NCBI GenBank assembly: GCA_030390025.1
Contig: CM059432.1
Span: 14,572,001 to 14,636,000, forward strand
DNA: 64,000 bases
Source of the DNA: Squalus acanthias
Taxonomy: Eukaryota
Direction of reading: 5' to 3'
Made by a program: the position numbers and the translations under genes. Positions 49,353 to 61,867 of the stretch are shown one piece after another (the first letter of the stretch is position 1; every line of letters starts with the position of its first letter). The notes beneath the pieces are model-generated. The model saw nothing but the letters and a program-made list of their open reading frames with translations. It ran no database searches and was not told where the DNA came from.

Positions 49353-51097
49353 AGATCATAGAATGATACAACACAGAAGGAGGCCATTTGGCCCATCGTG
49401 CCAGCTCTTTCCCATAGCCCTGCAATTTTTTCCACTTCAAGTATTTATCTAATCCCCTTTTAAAAGTTATTATTGAATCTGTTTCCACCGCCCCGTCAGT
49501 GCATTCCAGATCACAACATCTCACTGCATAATTTTTTTTCCTCATGACGCTTCTGGTTCTTTTGTCAATGACCTTAAATCTCTGTGTCCCTGGTTACTGA
49601 CCCTTCTGTCAACGGAAACTATTTCTCCTTATTTACTCTATTAAAAATGTTATGATTTTGAACACCTCTATCAAATCTCCCCTTAACCTTCTCTGCTCTA
49701 AGGAGAACAACCCCAGTTTCTCTAGTCCCTCCACATAACTGAAGACTTTCATCCCTGGTACCATTTTAGTAAACCTCCTCTGCACCCTCTCCAAGGCATT
49801 GATCTCCTTCCTGAAGTGTACTCTATTTATAAAGCCAAAGAGCCCATATACCTTTTAACAGTCTTCTCAACGTGTCCCGCCACCTTCAAAGACTTGTGTA
49901 CATACACCCCCAGGTCTCTCTGCTCCTGCATCCCCTTTAAAATTGTACCATTTAATTTATATTGCCTCTTCTCATTCTTTCTACCAAAATGAATCAATTC
50001 ACACCTCTCTGCATTAAATTTGAACTGCCATGTGTCTGCTCATTTCACCAGTCTGTCTATGCTCTCTTGAAATCTGTTACTTTCTTCCTCACTGTTTACT
50101 ACATTTCCAAGTTTCGTATCATCTGCAAACTTTTGAAATCATGTCTTCTATACCAAAGTCCAGGTCATTAATACATATCAAAAATAGCAATGGCCCAACA
50201 CTGACCCCTGGGGGACACCACTGCACACTTGCCTCCAGTCTAAGAAACAACCATTCACCACTACTCTCTGCTTTCTGTCCCTTAGCCAATTTTGCATCCA
50301 CACAGCCACTGCCCCTTTACTCCCATGGCCTTCAATTTTGCTAACAAGTCTATAGTGTGGTACTTTATCAAACACCTTTTGAAAGTCCATGTACACAACA
50401 TCAACCGCACTACCCTCATCAACCCTTTCAGTTACTTCATCAAAGAACTGAATCAAGTTAGTCAAGCACAATTTGCCTTTAACAAATCCGAGCTGGCTTT
50501 CATTTATTAACCCATATTTTTCCAAGTGCCAATTAATTTTGTCCCAGATTAATGTCTCTAAATGTTTCCCACCACCGACATTCGTCTGACTGGCCTGTAG
50601 TTGCTGAGTTTATTTATCTCCCTTTTTTGAACAGGGGTGTAATATTTGCAATCCTCCAGTCCTCTGGCACCACTCCTATATCTAAGGAGGATTGGAAGAT
50701 TGTGGCCAGAGCCTCCGCAATTTCCATCCTTACTTCTCTCACAAACTGAAGATGCATCCCATCTGTACTGGGTGACTTTTCTACTAAGAGCGCTGCCAAA
50801 CTTTTTAGTACCTTTTCTTTATCTATTTTTAACCTATCCAATTTCTCTACTATCTCCTCCTTTACTGTGACATTGACAGCATCCTCTTCTTTAGTGAAGA
50901 CAGATGCAAACTACTCATTTAGTACCTCAGCCATGCCCTCAGCTTCCACAAGAAGATCTCCTTTTTGGTCCCTAATCAGCTCCACCCTTCTTTTGACTAC
51001 CCTTTTACTATCTATATGTTTATAAAAGGCGTTTCGGTTCTCTTTTATTTGACCCGCTAATCTATTCTCATATACGCTCTTTGACCCTCTTATTTCC
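49353..51097 (-). mobile_element. Decayed CR1 LINE
   Basis: SQLGFVKGKLCLTNLIQFFDEVT...MDFQKVFDKVPH...GVPQGSV; IFQSSLDIGVVPEDWRIANITPLFKKG; many frameshifts. Confidence 0.9.
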
Positions 51098-51277
51098 TAG
51101 AGCCGTAGTAAAATTGAAGTCAGTGGGAATCAGGGTGAAAACTCTCTACTGGATTGGGTCATACCTAGCACAAAGGAAGATGGCTGAGGTGCTGCCTGAC
51201 CTGCTGAGTATTTCCAGCATTTTCTGTTTTTATTTGAAATAAAATAGCTACTGTTTGATCTGTCTGCAGCTTTGGAA

Positions 51278-53515
51278 TAAGAACATAAGACGTAAGAGCA
51301 GGAGTCGGTCATTTGGCCCCTCGAGCCTGCTCAGCCATTCTATAAGATCATGGCTGATCTGATCTTGGCCTCAACTCCACTTCCCTGCCCGCTCCCCATA
51401 ACCCTTGACTCCCTTACCTTTCAAAAATCTGTCTGTCTCCACCTTAAATATATTCAATGACCCAGCCTTCACAGCTCTCTAGGGAAGAGGCACAAGTAAG
51501 GAGTCTGATGGAATACTCTCCACTTGCCTGGATGAGTGCAGCTCCAAAAACACTCAAGAAGCTCGACATCATCCAGGACAAAGCAGCCCGCTTGATTGGC
51601 ACCCCATCCACCACCTTAAACATTCACACCCTCCACCACCGGCGCACCGTGGCTGCAGTGTGTGCCATCTACAAGATGCACTGCAGCAACTCACCAAGGC
51701 TTCTTCGGCAGCACCTCCCAAACCCGCGACCTCTTCCACCTAGAAGGACAAGGGCAGCAGGTGCATGGGAACACCACCACCTCCAAGTTCCCCTCCAAGT
51801 CACACACCATCCTGACTTAGAAGTATATCGCCAATCCTTCATCGTTGCTGGGTCAAAATCCTGGAACTCCCTACCTAACAGCACTGTGGGAGTACCATCA
51901 CCACACGGACTGCAGCGGTTCAAGAAAGCAGCTCACCACCACCTTCTCAAGGGCAACTAGGGATGGGCAATAAATGCTGGCATTGCCAGCGACACCCTGA
52001 TCCCATAAACAAATATTAAAAAAATTCCAAAGATTCACGACCCTCTGAGAGAAGAAATTCCTCCTCATTTCTGTTTTAAATGGGTGCCCCCTTATTCTGA
52101 AATGATGCCCCCTAGTTCTAGATTCCCCCACGAGGGGAAACATCCTCTCTGCATCTACTCTGTCAAGCCCCTTCAGAATCTTATATGTTTCAATAAGATC
52201 CCCTTTCATTCTTCTAAACTCCAATGAGTATAGGTCCAACCTGCTCAACCTTTCTTCATAAGACAACCCTTTCATCTCCGGAATCAACCTCGTGAACCTT
52301 CTCTGAACTGCCTCCAATGCAAGTATATCCTTCCTTAAATAAGGAGACCAAAACTGTATGCAGTACTCCAGGTGTGGTCTCACCAATGCCCTGTACAGTT
52401 GTAACAGGACTTCCCTACTTTTATACTCCATTCCCTTTGCAATAAAGGCCAACACTCCATTTGCCTTCCTAATTACTTACTGTACCTGCAAGCTAACTTT
52501 TTGAGATTCATGTACAAGGACCCCCAGATCCCTCTGTACCTCAGCATTTTGTAATCTCTCCCCATTTAAATAATAATTTGCTTTTTTATTTTTCCTACCA
52601 AAGTGGATAACCTTGCATTTTCCCACATTATACTCCATCTGCCAGATTCCTGCCCACTCATTTAGCCTATCTATGTCCCTTTGGAGATTCTTTGCGTCCT
52701 CCACACAATTTGCTTTCCCACCTATCTTAGTATCATCAGCAAATTTGGCTACATTACACTCGGTCCCTTCATCCAAGTCATTAATATAGATTGTAAATAG
52801 TTGAGGCCCCAACACTGATCCCTGCGGCACCCTACTAGTTACAGTTTGCCAACCTGAAAATGACCCATTTATCCTGACTCTCTATTTTCTGTTAGTTAGC
52901 CAATCCTCTATCCATGCTAATATATATTACCCCCAACCCCGTGAGCTCTTATCTTGTGTATTAACCTTTTATGTGGCACCTTATCGAATGCCTCCTGGAA
53001 ATCCAAATACACGACATCTACTGGTTCCCCTTTATCCACCCTGCTTGTTACATCCTCAAAGAACTCCAGCAAATTTGTCAAACATGATTTCCCTTTCATT
53101 AAACCATGCTGACTCTGCTTGACTATATTATGATTTTCTAAATGTCCTGCTACCACTTCCTTAATGATGGACTCCAGCATTTTCCCAATGACAGATGTTA
53201 GGCTAACTGGTTGATAGTTGCCTGGTTTTTGTCTCCCTCCTTTCTTAAATAGGGGCGTTACATTTGCGGTTTTCCAGTCCGCTGGGACCTCTCCAGAATC
53301 CAGGGAATTTTGGTAGATTACAATCAATGCATCCACTATCTTTGCAGCCACCTCTTTTAATACTCTAGCATGCAGGCCATCGGGTCCAGGGGACTTGTCC
53401 ACCTTTAGTCCCATTAGTTTGCCGAGTACTTTCTCTCTAGTGATAGTGATTGTTTTAAGTTCCCCCCCCCACACCCCAATAGCCCCTTGATTATCCATTA
53501 TTGGGATGCTTTTAA
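51278..53515 (-). mobile_element. CR1 LINE (same subfamily as 8298-9680) interrupted by a 'family B' fragment (51490-52020, plus)
   Basis: ORFs 52917-53498, 52477-52830 and 51898-52455 are consecutive RT pieces nearly identical to 8298-9449. Confidence 0.93.
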
Positions 53516-53624
53516 TGAATATTAAGCATATTCATCATTTAACAAGATCTTGACAAGGTATACTAGCCTATTTGCTTGTCTTTTTAGCTCCCTTTATTTG
53601 CAAGCTAATTTTTTGCTATTTAAA

Positions 53625-54015
53625 AACATAAGAACATAAGAAATAGGAGCAGGAGTAGGCCATAGGTCCCTTTGAGCCTGCTCCGCCACTCAATAAAATC
53701 TTGGCTGATCTTCGACCTCAACTCACTTTGCCGCCCGATTCCCACATCCCTTGATTCCCTGAAAGTCCAAAAAGCTATTGATCTCAGCTTTGAACATACT
53801 CAACGACTGAGCAGCCACAGCCCTCTGGGGTAGAGAATTCCAAAGATTCACAACCCTCTGAATGAAGAAATTTTTCCTCATCCTCAGTCCTAATTGGCCG
53901 ACCCCTTATCCTGAGTCTATGCCCCCTAATTCTAGACTCTCCAGCTAAGGGAAACAACCTTTCAGCACCGAACCTGTCAAGCCCTCTCAGAATCTTATAT
54001 GTTTCAATGAGATCT
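53625..54015 (-). mobile_element. CR1 3' end
   Basis: AACATAAGAACATAAG tail and ORF2 C-terminus on the minus strand. Confidence 0.8.
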
Positions 54016-54871
54016 AATTTCTAATTTGGCCTCTTAATGCTGATAACCCAGTGGCGAGCCATATCCGGCCCGCTATGGCCTGGCTTCGAGGCCGAACGTC
54101 TGCCGCACCTGACCCCTCGCCCAAGCCCCGCCCCACGTAATGTCAGGAGGCAGGTCATTGTCTCCAAGCTACCAGGTGAGCCATAACCAAAAACCAAAAC
54201 ACAAAAACAAAGGCGGGCAAATCAAATCTGCCGTTTGCTGCATCAATGTGTCGTTATCACACCTGAAATCTCAGTTTCTGCTCCATCACTGCAACGTGAA
54301 AGGTGAGTTACTCACAGTTTGTGGGTTCAGTTTCCATAAATCTGTGCAAACTTTGCAGGTAAATGCAGGAGAACGTAAATACTTTAAATATAGGAAATAA
54401 CGCCATTGGCAGAATGCCTCGCAATTGAAACAATCCAGTCGATTGGAAGATTGTTTGCTTCGAACAATTTTTAAAACTTGCAGCAACTTTTTAGTCTCAA
54501 CTCGTCTCCAAAGGAATTTTAGCAATTAATTCAAAATTAGTCCTGGGCTTAATTTCATGAGTTATAAATTGCTATTTTTGTTTATTGGTGCAATTGGGTG
54601 AAAGGTGTTGTCTGAATTCCGCGGGGGTTCCGCCAGTCTCCCAGCGTAACTCTGGCGCAGACCCAGTTATGTCGGGTCCCTGCCGTTTCTGGGAGTTTCC
54701 TCAGTAAAGTACGGGGAAGCTTCGAGCCCAGTGGTGGGGAAAATACGGCCCGCGGGCCGTAAAAGACCGGCCAGTTCATTCTATCCGGCTCGCTGGACGG
54801 GACAGAAATAGAACACGAGCCGGAGCTCGAGCTGCACATTAGTCTGAGTCGAGTCACGGCTGCTCATCGCG

Positions 54872-55002
54872 ATGACTCTTTCACCGAAGAGAGAGGCCAG
54901 CGCTGCGTCTTTCCTCTCCCGGTACCCAGAGAACGACGGCAGAGGGGGATTCTCATCGCCATCTTAGACACGGGAGTGGATCCCGAAGCACAGGGACTCC
55001 AG
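54872..55002 (+). pseudogene. TPP2: Orphan, frameshifted copy of tripeptidyl-peptidase II exon 1
   Basis: MTLSPKREASAASFLSRYPENDGRG, 2 extra G in the run at 54944-54948, then ILIAILDTGVDPEAQGLQ and donor CAG|GTAATG at 55003. Compare TPP2 [41 protein letters not shown]. No further TPP2 exon recognised in the window. Confidence 0.85.
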
Positions 55003-56209
55003 GTAATGGCCCGCGATTGCAGTTCAGGCCTTGCGAAGCCTCAGGCTCCAGTACGCAGCACACTGAAAAGAGAACACCTCCCACGTCGGAGGCCCCGCTG
55101 ACTGGAGCCGCTCTGCCAATCAGCCACGTAGACTTTCAGTACAACATATCATCGATCGATCATTTCATTCATTTCGTAACGGAAGATGTTACACTACATT
55201 TTAAGATAGTAGCTGACTACTATCTGAATTTATGTTTATAAATTATTGGGAGGGTAGAAGTGGGAGTGACGGTCAACACTATGAGTTGGCCTGCTTCAAA
55301 TTTACCCATTTAACACATTGCTGTCACCAATGTGCGCGGTCCCTTTAAATTTGCTGCGCGGTATCTCTTCCAGCGGCAGGAGCTGGTGAGCGGCCTGCGC
55401 GGGACCTCGCGATCAGTGTGTGACCGTGCGGCCGCGCACCTTAGGGGGAACGTTGGTGTGGGGCCCTCAACAGCTCACCAAAACTTGTTAAGCGGCCCTC
55501 CAGCCCAAATAATTGCCCACCCCTGTGATAACTTGCAGCTGTAAATGGGAGGTGAATGCAGGGAGGGCTGGACGGCGTCTTGAGCTATTATGCTGCGTGT
55601 AACTGGGAAGTCAATGTTTAGTGCTGAGCCAAACGGTGCCAATCCGAGAATATTAAGAAGAAGCTGATGATCAATAGTTTGTCACTATAAGGTAATAACC
55701 TCATTGATGGATTTGGGTGACTTCATGAACTGTGAGAGTGAACCGTGAGTGGTTTATAGCTGTCATTTGAATCCTGAGGGTTTAGTTTGATTTAATTTGT
55801 GTCTGTTTTTTGCTGACAGTGAAAGTCATGGTGAATGCCAGCTGGCAGTCAGCTTCAAACCGATTAGGTATGTGCCTTGAAAATAAGCTTGTTCAATAGT
55901 ACCATATGACAGAATAACAGGTCCCAATGAAATTCCTTAGTCTGCTATCTTAATAGAGAGACTAACTCATTTTAAATCAACTTTTTCACACCTCTGTTAA
56001 AATAGTAGACCAAAGGATATCATGTGGCTGCATTAAGTATACACTAATACTCAAAGAGCTTAATTTCAGGCCAATGTTCACTAAATGATTCTGGTGTAAT
56101 CATTACAAGTTTCTTGAATGCCAGTCAAGAGTTGATATAACATGTTCAGTATCTATATTATAATGGATTAAAGTTCACTATTATAGTTTACTGGGACCTT
56201 GATAGGAGA

Positions 56210-58422
56210 GTCAGCCATGGCTTTGTTGGTAGCACACTCGCCTCTGAGTCTAGAAGGTTGTGGGTTCATAGTCCCACTCCAGGGACCTGAGCACAAAAAT
56301 CTAGGCTGACACTCCAGTGCAGTGCTGAGGGAGTGCCGCACTGTTGGAGGTGCCGTCTTTTGGATGAGAAGTTAAACCGAGGCCCTGTCTGCTCTCTGAG
56401 GTGGACGTGGAAGATCCCATGGCACTGTTTCGAAGAAGAGCAGGGGAGTTATCCCCGGTGTCCTAGAAACATAGAAAATAGGTACAGGAGTAGACCATTC
56501 GGTCCTTCGAGCCTGCACCGCCATTCAATGCGTTCATGGCTGAACATGCTACCTCAGTACCCCATTCCTGCTTTCTCGCCATACCCCTTGATCCCCCTAG
56601 TTGTGAGTGTTATATCTAACTCCCTTTTGAATATATTTAGCGAACTGGCCTCAACAACCTTCTGTGGAAGAGAATTCCATAGATTCACCACTCTCTGGGT
56701 GAAGAAGTTCCTCCTCAGCTCAGTCTTAAATGGCTTCCCCTTAATCCTTAGACTGTGACCCCTGGTTCTAGTTTTCCCTAACATTGGGAACATTCTGCCC
56801 GCATCTAATTTGTCTAAACCAGTTAGGATTTTAAATGTCTCTATAAGATCCCCCCTCATTCTTCTGAACTCCAGAGGATACAAGTTCAGTTGACCCAATC
56901 TTTCTTGATATGTCAGTCCGGCCATCCCAGGAATCAATCTAGTGAACCTTCGCTGCACTCCCTCAATAGCAAGAATGTCCTTAAGTTAGGAGACCAAAAC
57001 TGCGCACAATACTCCAGGTGTGGCCTCACCAAGGCCCTGTACAACTGCAGCATCACCTCCCTACTCCTGTACTCAAATCCCCTTACTATGAAGGCCATCA
57101 TTCCGTTTGCTTTCTTGACTGCCTGCTGCACTTGCATTCCCACCTTCAGTGACTGATGTACCATGATGCCCAGGTCTCGTTGCACCTCCCCTTTCCCTAA
57201 TCTGCCACCATTCAGGTAATAGTCCGCCTCTCTATTTTTACCACCAAAGTGGATAACCTCACATTTATCCACATTGTACTTCATCTGCCATACATTTGCC
57301 CATTCACCCAACCTGTCCAAGTCACTCTGTAGCCTCCTAGCATCCTCCTCATTGTTCACACTGCCTCCCAATTTAGTGTCATCCGAAAATTTGGAGATAT
57401 CCCTTCGTCCAAATCATTAATATATAATGTAAACAGCTGGGGTCCCAGCACCGAACCCTGCGGTACCCCGCTGGTCACTGCCTGCCATTCTGAAAAGTAC
57501 CCATTTACTCCTACTCTTTGTTTCCTGTGTGCCAACCAGTTCTCAATCCACGTCAACACATTACCCCCAATCCCATGTGCTTTAACTTTGCTCACCAATC
57601 TCTTGTGTGGGACCTTGTCGAAGGCCTTCTGAAAGTCCAAATACACCACATCTACTGGTTCCCCCCTGTCCACCCTATTGGAAACATCCTCAAAAAATTC
57701 CAGAAGATTTGTCAAGCATGATTTCCCTTTCACAAATCCATGCTGACTTGGACCTATCATGTCGCCACTTTCCAAATGGTCTGTTATGACATCTTTAATA
57801 ATTGCTTCCATCATTTTACCCACGACCGATGTCAGGCTGACCGGTCTATAATTCCCTGCTTTCTCCCTCCCTCCTTTTTTAAAAAGAGGGGTTACATTGG
57901 CCACCCTCCACTCCATCGGAACTGATCCAGAGTCTAAGGAATGTTGGAAAATGATCGTCAATGCATCCACTATTTCCAAGGCCACCTCCTTAAGTACTCT
58001 GGGATGCAGACCATCAGGCCCCGGGGATTTTTCAGCCTTCAGTCCCATCAATTTCCCCAATACCTTTTCCCGACTAATAAGGATTTCCCTTAGCTCCTTC
58101 CTCTTACCAGATCCTCTGACCCCTTTTATTTCCGGCAGGTTGTGTGTGTCCTCCACAGTAAACACCGAACCAAAGTACTTGTTCAATTGATCTGCCATTT
58201 CCTTGTTCCTGGCCAATATTTATCCCTCAATCAACATCTAAAACAGATTATCTGATCATTATCACATTGCAGTTTGTGGGAGCTTGCTGTGTGCAAATTG
58301 GCTGCCGCATTTCCTACATTACAACAGTGAGTACACTTCAAAAAGTACTTCATTGGCTGTAAAATGCTTTGGGACGTCTGGTGGTCGTGAAAGGTGCTAT
58401 ATAAATGCAAGTCTTTCTTTCT
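56210..58422 (+). mobile_element. Deu-domain SINE split by a CR1
   Basis: ...GGTGTCCT (56464) resumes as TCCTGGCCAATATTTATCCC (58207). Confidence 0.8.
56465..58210 (-). mobile_element. CR1 LINE, 5'-truncated, relatively young
   Basis: Three long consecutive RT ORFs (57356-58216, 56934-57371, 56554-56958) separated by frameshifts; CTATGTTTCT tail. Confidence 0.95.
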
Positions 58423-59921
58423 ATATGAGGTAAAAACAATAATGGGGGTTACATTCTTCTCTGTCGAAAAATAGTTACTGTGAACATAAAACAAGGAATA
58501 TCATATTATACTCAAGAAAGCGAGAAGTTCAGCATGGAAACAGAACCATCTAAGAGAGTGGACAAAGTGCCTGTGGAATTTGAGATATGGCCCTCAAGGA
58601 ATGTTACTGATTTGATAAATGGATGAGCTTTTATAATGTCACGTTTTGTGAAATCTCTTGCAAACAAATGATATAATGTGTCCATTTATTTTCTGTCATT
58701 GGATAATATGGTTTAGCACCACCTGGGGGTCCAATGCTGCTTCAAGCTCAGATACACAATAGGAGGTTAGAGTCAAGAGACCGTGGCCTCATTATTAACA
58801 GTCTTATGACAGACGTCTACCCACCCTTCTCACAAAGTACATTGAAGCCTTTACCGCTGTTATTACATTTCTGCAGCCAGGACAACTAGTTACGTGCCTG
58901 CTCTTGGACCAAATAAACACACTGTTCGGAGATCTGCGAACATATTTTTTGACAGTTCAATCCATCAAGCTAGTTACATAGGAATCCAAAAAGATTAATT
59001 TAGAAGAGAGCAGTAACCATCTGTTTGATGATGAACTGTTCATAAGGTGGAAAACAAGAGCAATGCTGAAGCAGCGAGGATGATGGAGATATATCCAGGA
59101 GAGAGAATCAATACTTGCTTCTTTTTGCTGCTTGACAGTTTTACATGGGGAATGATGTATGTTGAAATGAAGTTTTCCCTCTGCGATGACTGTCCAAAGA
59201 TAGCTTCATTTGTCAACTTTGAAAACACAGAGATGGCACATCCATCTGATGTGGAACCACCTGCCAAGGTTTTTCCACTTTCTCCAGGCATTTATGAACC
59301 AATTTCAGGCTGGGGGGGTCGTAGAGCATAAGCTATTCAGTGGCCACAAACAAATGTTATCGGAAAAAGTTCCAGAAGAAGCAGAAAAAGGCAATGATGG
59401 AAGGAATGGATATCCCTTGCAGGCTATCTTTTGGAAGTATAATACTGAAGGGAACTACAAAAAAAAAGGCTCGTGAGGAAAAGTTCAATTCAAGTGTATG
59501 TTCCAGCACCCCAAATCAACACTGACTTGAAACTAATCCCTTGTAGAATGCAGTTACACGCTGATATGAGCCCAGAGTGTGCAATTTGGCATGGTTTATC
59601 CTATCAAGCTCACAACAGATAAACAGCTTAACCATAAATGGGGCATGAAAAGAACTGGGAAATTGTGAGCAATGCTGAGTCCCGTGCGTAGCAGAAAATG
59701 TTAAACTGCACAGGAGTCTGCAGAGTTGAAGAGGGAAAACTATCACACACTGTTCACCTGTCATTTGAGGATTCAATTAGCAGCTGAACAGTGTGTGATT
59801 CATCAGCTGTTGCTGCCTGCTTCAACCAATAATAGGAGAATGCCATTGAAAGACCATTTAACCACAATTAATAATTAAGAAGCTATAATCATTTCAATCA
59901 AATATCAAGCAATCTGCTTAC

Positions 59922-60059
59922 CGTTATAGAAAAGTGGCACATCCAAAATTGTCTCTCCCAATTTGTCTCTTTCCAGCACCACTGCTTTGAGTTCAGTTGG
60001 AATTATGTCCATGATCCTAATAACATCTCCGCTGGAAAAGGAGAATTTGTACAAGGATC
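59922..60059 (-). CDS. THEMIS3: THEMIS-family (THEMIS3-like) exon 2
   Basis: GSLYKFSFSSGDVIRIMDIIPTELKAVVLERDKLGETILDVPLFYNG, compare THEMIS GSIYE...CFSTGEVIKI...FELPMNFPG. Acceptor TTCTACAG|GA, donor ACG|GTAAGC; 138 nt, phase 1-1, in frame with 23572-24036. Confidence 0.8.
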
Positions 60060-60158
60060 CTGTAGAACACCAATCAATGAAAAAAAAATAAGCAATAGTC
60101 AAATAAATACTCGACTGATTTGCCAAACAAACGGCGCACATTCATTTCTCCATTCGAA

Positions 60159-60874
60159 GGGTGCAACAATTTTTTCTCAATCTTCTGGCCTCCTTTCCTG
60201 CAGACACTGGGCACGTATTATCCGATCGGAGGCTTTCTGTGTGCGGAGGCCTCCGAACTGGAAAAATCTACGCACTTTACCTGAGGGCTCCCGAGGTGCG
60301 TACACTTCCGATGCTGGGCCTCTCCACAGTTGAAATGCGCAGGGCCCACGTATCCCAGAGGCGCAGGCGGTTCGCAAGCGTCCCTAGGATCACGTGGGCC
60401 ATGGGGAGCCAATAGGAGAAGGGAATCTCCCTTCATACACTTGACAGATAGACCTGTCAAATATATGAACGGAGATCACCCCAAAAACACAGTAAAACAT
60501 TAAATAAATTGAAAAAAAAAACCATCACGTTTTTAAAATGAGTTGAAATTACAATAAATTAAATATTTTAAACAAAAATTTAATTTTTTGAAAAAAACTA
60601 AAGTTTTTTACAGGGCTAAAAATAAACTTACCTTTTATAAAAGTATTTTTAAATTATAAATGAGTTTATTATTGGTTGAAGCAGGCGTAAGATTTCTAAG
60701 GGTTTTCTGCGGGCGGAGGTTCTCCAGAAAGCAGAACTCTCCCCCCGCAGAGGCCCTTCTCCAGGGCAGGCGTCCGATCTGTCAAGAGCATTCTTGACAG
60801 ATCGGAAATGTCGGTTTTCAGCGCATACGCTTCGCATGCGCGTACACACCCGTAGGGATCGGAAATTATGGCCC
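60159..60874 (+). mobile_element. MITE related to family 2
   Basis: Shares CTAGGATCACGTGGGCCATGG, an AT-rich core with AAAATAAACTTACC, and CGCATGCG with 27824-28588; right end AAATTATGGCCC. Confidence 0.65.
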
Positions 60875-61307
60875 ATTAACTCTGGCTAAGGTGCAGTCAA
60901 AGGCAGCAGAAGCTCTCTGGTTCCGAACTCAAATGCAGGCAAAATGAGTGTTGGCAAGTTATTCTAGCCTAGAGGGCTTCATAGTTGAACCTGATCCCGT
61001 TCTCATTTGATGGCTGTGGATGCTCATTTTTCCACATGAGCCATTGCATCATAGAATCTTACAGCACAGGAGGAGGCCATTCGGCCCATCGTGCCTGTGC
61101 CGGCTCTTTGAAAGAGCAGTCCAATTAGTCCCACTCCCCTCCTCTTTCACAATAGGCCCGCAAATATTTCCACTTCAAGTATTTATCCAATTCCTTTTTG
61201 AAAGTTATTCTTGAATCCGCTTCCACCACCCATTCCAGATCATAACAGCTCGTGTGTAAAAAAAAATTCTCCTCATCTCTCCTTTGGCCCTTTTGCTAAT
61301 TACTATA

Positions 61308-61450
61308 TGTGAGAAGTCGCACAACACCAGGTTATAGTCCAACAGCTTTATTTGAAATCACAAGCTTTCGGAGCGCTGCTCCTTCGTCAGGTGAAGTGAA
61401 GAGATGCATATAGGCACAGCATATATAGTCAGAGAACACTGCCAGATAAT
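61308..61450 (-). mobile_element. Penelope-like terminal fragment
   Basis: Begins with the same 36-mer as the palindrome arm at 36513-36548 and carries a hammerhead motif. Confidence 0.7.
61358..61394 (-). ncRNA. Minimal type-I hammerhead ribozyme motif
   Basis: Minus strand TCAC-CTGACGA-A-GGAGC-AGC-GCTCC-GAAA-GCTT-GTGA: stem I TCAC/GTGA, perfect 5-bp stem II, palindromic AGCT helix III. Confidence 0.65.
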
Positions 61451-61867
61451 TATCTGACTGATTTTTAAAAATATCCCCAGCCCATGGGTACTGAGACCAA
61501 TTATATCACATTCAATTGCCATGCTGCCTGAGATCAGCAGACTGGGGATTGGACCTGGGCCCCGTGGTCTGTAGGGTTCAGACTTAAAAGCGTTTCATTA
61601 CGCCCGCCACCTTTGACTATCATTTTGTGAAATGCATTCAGGTTGTAGATGCCAAGAATTGCCCACATTAACAATAGCATCTGTTTTGACTTAGTCATCT
61701 GTCAAAGATTGCCGTTTGGGGAAATCAAAAAATAAATTCCAATGGTGAAGAGTTGTGACCAAACTTCTCAATGAAAGTCCAAAATGTTCTTGTGCCAGTT
61801 TCATGTACAGAGGCAGACCAATGCGAAAATAACTCTAAATGGAGAGTGTAATTGTAGGATGACATAC

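Noticed and set aside
8265..58216. Reverse-transcriptase ORFs as an active or novel RT system
   Set aside because: All are 5'-truncated or frameshifted CR1/L2/RTE fragments typical of this kind of genome.
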